From: Christensenellaceae bacterium
Lineage (GTDB): Bacteria > Bacillota > Clostridia > Christensenellales > Borkfalkiaceae
Assembly: GCA_045654765.1 (NCBI GenBank)
Contig: JAZONZ010000018.1
Coordinates: 1-57,365, forward strand
DNA length: 57,365 bases
Reading direction: 5' to 3'
A model generated the notes under the pieces. The model worked only from the letters and a program-made list of their open reading frames with translations, ran no database searches and was not told the DNA's origin. This document shows, one piece after another, positions 53,748 to 57,365 of the stretch. The stretch's first letter is position 1; every line of letters starts with the position of its first letter. The position numbers and the translations under genes are program-made.

Positions 53748-54395
53748 TTATTCAATATTAACCTCTAATGAGTGTGGTTTATATAAGTGCCATTTATATT
53801 TACTGGCTAACACTCTTAGAATAAGTATTGCTAAAAAGCCTATCAGCATTGAAATTATTTCGCCTACAATAGTCCATAAAACAGCACACAGTATAGCGCC
53901 TATAATTGATGCCGTGCAGTAAAAGTGTTTTATAAATATGTAAGGCGTATCTTGTGCAAAAACGTCTCTCATAACGCCTCCGCCACAGCCAGTTATTACG
54001 CCAACAAACACTATTAAAAACAAACCGTAATTTGCATTAGTTAAGTAGGCTGTTTTTATTCCTATAACAGTGAAAATTCCAAGACCTAACGAATCGGCAA
54101 AAAATAACGATATATCGTAAAATTTATGCGAACGAATTAGTTGTTTTTGTATGAAAGGTAACGATATTAAAATGCTTGTTACAATAGCCACTATTACGTA
54201 TATGGGATTTATAAAAGTGGTGGGTGGCGTAATGCCTAAAATCAAATCTCTTATTATTCCGCCTCCAACTGCTGTTGTTACGCCAAGCGCTATAACTCCT
54301 AAAATATCCATATGCTTTTTAAAAGCCACCATTGTTCCTGAAATTGTAAAGGCTATCGTGCCTATAATTTCTAATATAAAAAATAATACGCCCAT
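53748..54395 (-). CDS. TRIC/UPF0126-family cation channel-like membrane protein
   Basis: Two internal repeats carry GGGIIRD and GGGVMRD motifs. The protein has seven TM helices. Confidence 0.85.
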   Translation of the reverse strand: MGVLFFILEIIGTIAFTISGTMVAFKKHMDILGVIALGVTTAVGGGIIRDLILGITPPTTFINPIYVIVAIVTSILISLPFIQKQLIRSHKFYDISLFFADSLGLGIFTVIGIKTAYLTNANYGLFLIVFVGVITGCGGGVMRDVFAQDTPYIFIKHFYCTASIIGAILCAVLWTIVGEIISMLIGFLAILILRVLASKYKWHLYKPHSLEVNIE

Positions 54396-54479
54396 AGTAT
54401 ATAATATTCCTTAGTGTCTTGTTTTGCGTGTGTAATTTATCGTATATAAAAGTTGCATTGTTAATGAAATTTGCTTTAG

Positions 54480-54857
54480 TTATTTTGAGTGGTCTTTTAG
54501 CCAGTTGATTAGCGTTTCATAACTTGTTTCGTTTTTAGCGAGTGATAAGCCTAAATTTATTAGTTCTTCATCAGTACATTCAATAGTAACGCCGTTAACT
54601 TCTAAAAAGGTAAGCATTATGAGTATGCCTATTCGTTTGTTTCCATCAAAAAATGCGTGATTAGATATCAAGTTAAATCCAAGCCTTGCGCCTTTTTCAA
54701 GTAGAGAAGGATACAATTCTTGTCCCATAAACGTTTGAAAACTTGAAGATAGGGCGGAGTCTAACAAATTAAAATCTCTAACGCCGTCACTGCCTCCGGA
54801 ATAATCTATTAAAAGAGTGTGCAACGTTGTTGCCAAAGCAGTATCTATTTTTATCAT
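54480..54857 (-). CDS. doc: type II toxin Doc (Fic-fold death-on-curing family)
   Basis: HAFFDGNKRIG Doc-type Fic motif. 125 aa. 4-nt overlap with the upstream small ORF. Confidence 0.88.
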   Translation of the reverse strand: MIKIDTALATTLHTLLIDYSGGSDGVRDFNLLDSALSSSFQTFMGQELYPSLLEKGARLGFNLISNHAFFDGNKRIGILIMLTFLEVNGVTIECTDEELINLGLSLAKNETSYETLINWLKDHSK

Positions 54858-54979
54858 TTTGCTAATTCCTTAAATGCTTTAATGTGTTTTGTTAAGATAT
54901 TTGTGGCAGTTTTTATGATTATATCTTGCTCTTTATTTGTTGTGTTTTTAACGTTTTTACTCGTGTCTTTTTTAGTCAT
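54854..54979 (-). CDS. putative cognate antitoxin (41 aa, unassigned family)
   Basis: ATGA overlap with doc and an AAGGA RBS 7 nt before the ATG at 54979. The sequence is basic and helical (MTKKDTSKNVKNTT...KHIKAFKELAK). The call is by position only. Confidence 0.45.
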   Translation of the reverse strand: MTKKDTSKNVKNTTNKEQDIIIKTATNILTKHIKAFKELAK

Positions 54980-55190
54980 AATTATTCCTTTTACGTTGTA
55001 ATTTAAACAATGTATCTCTATTGTACCATATTTCATAAAAAAAATAAAGGACTTAGTATTGAATTTTTATTCTTATCGTTTTTATGAGTTAAACTACGTT
55101 TAAATTTTTAAAACAATTTTTATAAAACGCTTGATTTTGAGTTTTGATTAGGTTACAATATTTTTAACAATTTTTATTTAGGAGAGAATT

Positions 55191-56369
55191 ATGGCTAAAA
55201 TTATTATAGGAGCAGACGTTGTTCCTACCGAAGTAAATTGTCAACACTTTATAGACGGCACTATGCAAAACGTAGTTACTGAAGAAATTTTACAAATTTT
55301 AAATGATGCTGATTTCGTTGCTATGAATTTAGAAGTTCCTTTAACTGACGTTGAAGACAAACTTTCAAAATGCGGCCCTAATTTAATAGCGTCAACAAAT
55401 ACTATTAAAGGCTATAAGCAATTAGGCATTGACCTAGTAACTTCGGCTAATAACCATATATTAGACCAAAGCAAAAGTGGGCTTGAAAGTTCGTTAAAAG
55501 TGTTAAAAGAAAATGGAATTGACAACGTTGGCTCTGGCTTTACCTACGAAGAAGCATATAAAACTAAATTTTACAATATTGGTGGCAAAAAAGTTGGTTT
55601 TTACGCTACTTGTCAACACGAGTTTTCGTGGGTGCAAGACTACGGCTATGGTGCCAACGGTTACGACCCGTTAGAAACTTTCGACCATATTAAAGAAGCA
55701 AAAAAACAATGCGATTATCTTATAGTTTTATACCATGCCGGTATTGAAGAGTTTAGATATATTGCCCCTTTTGAACGTAAAGTTTGTCGCAAGATGATTG
55801 ATAAAGGTGCTGATTTAGTCGTTTTACAACACTCACACTGCGTAAATTGTGAAGAAGATTATAACGGCGGTAAAATTATTTATGGTCAAGGTAATTTTAT
55901 TTTTGATTGGCGCAACGTTGAATGCTGGAAAACAGGTTTACTTGTAACCGTTGATATTGACGGTGATGATTTTAAAGTTGGCTACCTTCCTTTAGATAGT
56001 CACAACGGCATTATTGAGATTGATAAAACAGGGAAAGTGTTAGACGGCTATTTCAAACGTACGGAAGAAATTAAAGACGATAAAATAGTTGAAGAAAAGT
56101 ATTATCACCACGGCAGAATAAGAATTCACGGTTTTACGAACAATGCAATGGGTGCAATGAGTTATAAATGGATAACTCATATCGTTAAAAACGTAGATAA
56201 AAAAATAGGCAACAAATATTTATTACAAGATGAAAGAACAAGGAACTTTTTAATAAATTACTTAACTAACCCTGCACATACCGAACTTGTTAAAAACGTA
56301 CTTAAGAAATTTTCTACCGAAGTAGAAAAGGACTGGAAAGAAAAAAATCCTGACGAAAGCATTTATTAA
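55191..56369 (+). CDS. CapA-family metallophosphatase-fold protein
   Basis: TSANNHILD and VVLQHSHCV motifs with a PGA_cap-like layout. Confidence 0.8.
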   Translation: MAKIIIGADVVPTEVNCQHFIDGTMQNVVTEEILQILNDADFVAMNLEVPLTDVEDKLSKCGPNLIASTNTIKGYKQLGIDLVTSANNHILDQSKSGLESSLKVLKENGIDNVGSGFTYEEAYKTKFYNIGGKKVGFYATCQHEFSWVQDYGYGANGYDPLETFDHIKEAKKQCDYLIVLYHAGIEEFRYIAPFERKVCRKMIDKGADLVVLQHSHCVNCEEDYNGGKIIYGQGNFIFDWRNVECWKTGLLVTVDIDGDDFKVGYLPLDSHNGIIEIDKTGKVLDGYFKRTEEIKDDKIVEEKYYHHGRIRIHGFTNNAMGAMSYKWITHIVKNVDKKIGNKYLLQDERTRNFLINYLTNPAHTELVKNVLKKFSTEVEKDWKEKNPDESIY

Positions 56370-56451
56370 ACGTATTAAAACAATATTTTGTAAAAGAGGC
56401 TGAGCGTAAGGCAAAAACCTAACGAAAAATAAACAAATAAAGAAAGTTGTT

Positions 56452-56492
56452 TTGAAATGCCCCTAAAAGCATTTAGTTTTGGGGCATTTCAA
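56452..56492 (+). terminator. hairpin terminator after the capA-like gene
   Basis: 12-bp stem ttgaaatgcccc/ggggcatttcaa with a 17-nt loop. Confidence 0.65.
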
Positions 56493-56518
56493 AATGCAAT
56501 TTATTTTAATTTTTTTAT

Positions 56519-56553
56519 TCAAGAGTCAATTTAAAATGTCAAGAGTCAGTTTC
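56519..56553 (+). repeat. two direct repeats TCAAGAGTCA(A/G)TTT, 20 nt apart, upstream of the orphan promoter
   Basis: Copies at 56519-56533 and 56539-56553. The core (T/A)AGAGTC recurs at 56951-56957 and 57169-57175. Confidence 0.7.
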
Positions 56554-56571
56554 TTTTTAGTCAATATACGC

Positions 56572-56600
56572 TTGACATAATTTATCGCTTCCTATATAAT
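56572..56600 (+). promoter_or_regulatory. consensus sigma-A promoter with no downstream ORF
   Basis: TTGACA (56572-56577), exactly 17 nt, TATAAT (56595-56600). Confidence 0.7.
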
Positions 56601-56606
56601 AATTCA

Positions 56607-56706
56607 TAATGCTCATATACCTAAAAACAATTTCTACTCGTTCTACTTTGCAAAGTTGTTATTTGGCAATTATGAGTTAAGCGAGAGTAGAAATAGCCAC
56701 TTTTTA
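56607..56706 (+). ncRNA. candidate ~100-nt structured small RNA (unclassified)
   Basis: A 10-bp outer stem atttctactc (56630-56639) / gagtagaaat (56685-56694) encloses the palindrome actttgcaaagt. A T-run lies at 56700-56705. The only ORF is 23 codons long and has no RBS. Confidence 0.3.
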
Positions 56707-56718
56707 GATAGTTAAAAG

Positions 56719-56742
56719 TTTTAGGAATAATTTTAGGAATAA
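56719..56742 (+). repeat. tandem 12-nt repeat TTTTAGGAATAA x2
   Basis: Exact adjacent duplication, 25 nt upstream of the first tRNA-like fragment. Confidence 0.8.
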
Positions 56743-56766
56743 AAATAAAAAAATTTTATACATTTT

Positions 56767-56788
56767 GGTTCCTTAGTTAAATGGATAT
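56767..56788 (+). pseudogene. tRNA-like 5' fragment (acceptor 5' strand plus D-arm only)
   Basis: ggttccttagttaaatggatat is identical to the start of the 56905 fragment and shares cttagttaaatggata with the intact tRNA-Arg. No anticodon arm, T-arm or 3' acceptor strand follows. Confidence 0.6.
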
Positions 56789-56904
56789 TTGGGCAGTAGC
56801 CCAAGGCGTTCGCAACAAGTTTGCTCGGCTCAACAATTGTTACATCCATTTTAAACAAAGTGTTTGTAAAAACTCATAAAAAATTAAATATATATTTCTC
56901 ATTT

Positions 56905-56947
56905 GGTTCCTTAGTTAAATGGATATAACAAGCCCCTCCTAAGGGCT
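56905..56947 (+). pseudogene. truncated tRNA-Arg(CCU)-like gene (acceptor 5' strand, D-arm and anticodon arm; no T-arm or 3' end)
   Basis: The fragment reads GGTTCCT-TA-GTTA-AATGGATA-TAAC-A-AGCCC-CTCCTAA-GGGCT. It then diverges into gagtagagtcggcttttt. No aggaacc 3' acceptor strand is present downstream. Confidence 0.65.
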
Positions 56948-57049
56948 GAGTAGAGTCGGCTTTTTATCGTTAAAATGCTCAAAAAATGGCAAAAATAGGG
57001 GTTAAAACCCCACAAACGTGCAATTTTTGGTGTTTCGTATTAATACGCT

Positions 57050-57074
57050 GGAATTGATTTGGAATTATTGATTT
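57050..57074 (+). repeat. tandem GGAATT(att)GATTT x2
   Basis: ggaattgattt followed by ggaattattgattt. Same GGAAT core as the other two tandem sets. Confidence 0.7.
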
Positions 57075-57133
57075 CAAAAAGGCTAAATTTTAAGCCTTAA
57101 AAAACGCTGAAATTTTTGCTCGGAAAATTTCAA

Positions 57134-57157
57134 TTTGGAATTATTTTTGGAATTAAA
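57134..57157 (+). repeat. tandem 12-nt repeat TTTGGAATTA(TT/AA) x2
   Basis: tttggaattatt followed by tttggaattaaa, 35 nt upstream of tRNA-Arg. Confidence 0.8.
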
Positions 57158-57191
57158 TAAGGACAAGGTAGAGTCAAAATTTAATATAAAT

Positions 57192-57266
57192 GTACCCTTA
57201 GTTAAATGGATATAACGGAATCCTCCTAAGATTCTATTGGCAGTTCGATTCTGCCAGGGTATACCA
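57192..57266 (+). tRNA. tRNA-Arg (anticodon CCU), CCA-encoded
   Basis: Manual cloverleaf. The acceptor stem is GTACCCT/AGGGTAT, with G1-U72. The D stem is GTTA/TAAC. The anticodon stem is GAATC/GATTC with loop CTCCTAA. The T arm is GGCAG-TTCGATT-CTGCC. The discriminator is A, followed by CCA. Confidence 0.88.
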
Positions 57267-57269
57267 CAA

Positions 57270-57305
57270 AACAGTCTTTTTTATCACAAAAAAGGCTGTT
57301 TTTTG
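57270..57305 (+). terminator. intrinsic terminator after tRNA-Arg
   Basis: aacagtctttttt-atcac-aaaaaaggctgtt followed by ttttt. Confidence 0.75.
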
Positions 57306-57365
57306 TTGCCTACAACTTTTCTTCCATGTGCAGTAACGCATTGCAATTTTTGTCAAAATATGGTA

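Noticed and set aside
56629-56646. aatttctactcgttctac resembles the 3' end of Cas12a (type V-A) CRISPR repeats (AATTTCTACT..GTAGAT)
   Set aside because: There is only a single copy. The second half is a direct repeat (tctac...tctac) rather than an inverted one, so the characteristic pseudoknot stem cannot form. No repeat-spacer periodicity and no cas genes occur in the window.
56767-57000. tRNA-like fragments considered as intron-containing or permuted/split tRNA genes
   Set aside because: No sequence complementary to the GGTTCCT acceptor strand (aggaacc) and no T-arm (GTTCRANYC-type) occurs anywhere in the following 250 nt on this strand.
56719-57157. Short tandem repeats considered as a possible CRISPR array or iteron-type replication origin
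   Set aside because: The units are only 11-12 nt, occur twice per set and are directly adjacent with no spacers. The sets are separated by unrelated sequence of unequal length. No rep or cas genes are present. I kept them as regulatory or recombination-site candidates only.

Overview
This is a low-GC chromosomal segment from a strictly anaerobic Firmicutes/Clostridia-like bacterium. It uses the standard code: TGA and TAA act as stops, and SD-type RBSs are common. Most of the window is housekeeping and redox metabolism. Recognisable genes include gltX (edge-truncated), radC, rplI, rpsF-ssb-rpsR, an L-box-controlled dapA-dapB-ddh-lysA lysine operon, and a NitT/TauT-type ABC importer. There is also an [FeFe]-hydrogenase, an oxidative-stress set (rubrerythrin, thioredoxin, flavin-reductase-rubredoxin plus desulfoferrodoxin), a copA-copZ copper module, nifS, a MacB-like ABC fusion, a Doc toxin pair, capA and one tRNA-Arg(CCU). 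I found no CRISPR array, rRNA gene, transposase or integrase. The most unusual locus is an apparently single operon at about 36.1-48.4 kb. It joins an LDH-fold malate dehydrogenase and fumarase to HdrB-HdrC-HdrA-MvhD, a Flx-like NAD(P)H/FeS module, an anchorless FrdB/FrdA-type fumarate reductase and an AAE-family transporter, and it is preceded by a perfect Rex-type operator. I propose this is a soluble, possibly flavin-based electron-bifurcating, fumarate reductase system. Three other loci also deserve a second look. The first is a SipW/TasA-like fibre module with unusual domain fusions and a divergent XRE regulator, with paired operators on both promoters (5.5-9.4 kb). The second is a pair of apparently leaderless genes, each with an extended -10 box exactly 6 nt from the ATG. 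The third is a 0.8-kb non-coding stretch at the right edge, which holds a consensus orphan promoter, helical-phase tandem repeats and two truncated tRNA-Arg(CCU)-like 5' fragments upstream of the intact tRNA. All calls rest on reading the supplied translations and DNA by eye. No database searches were run.
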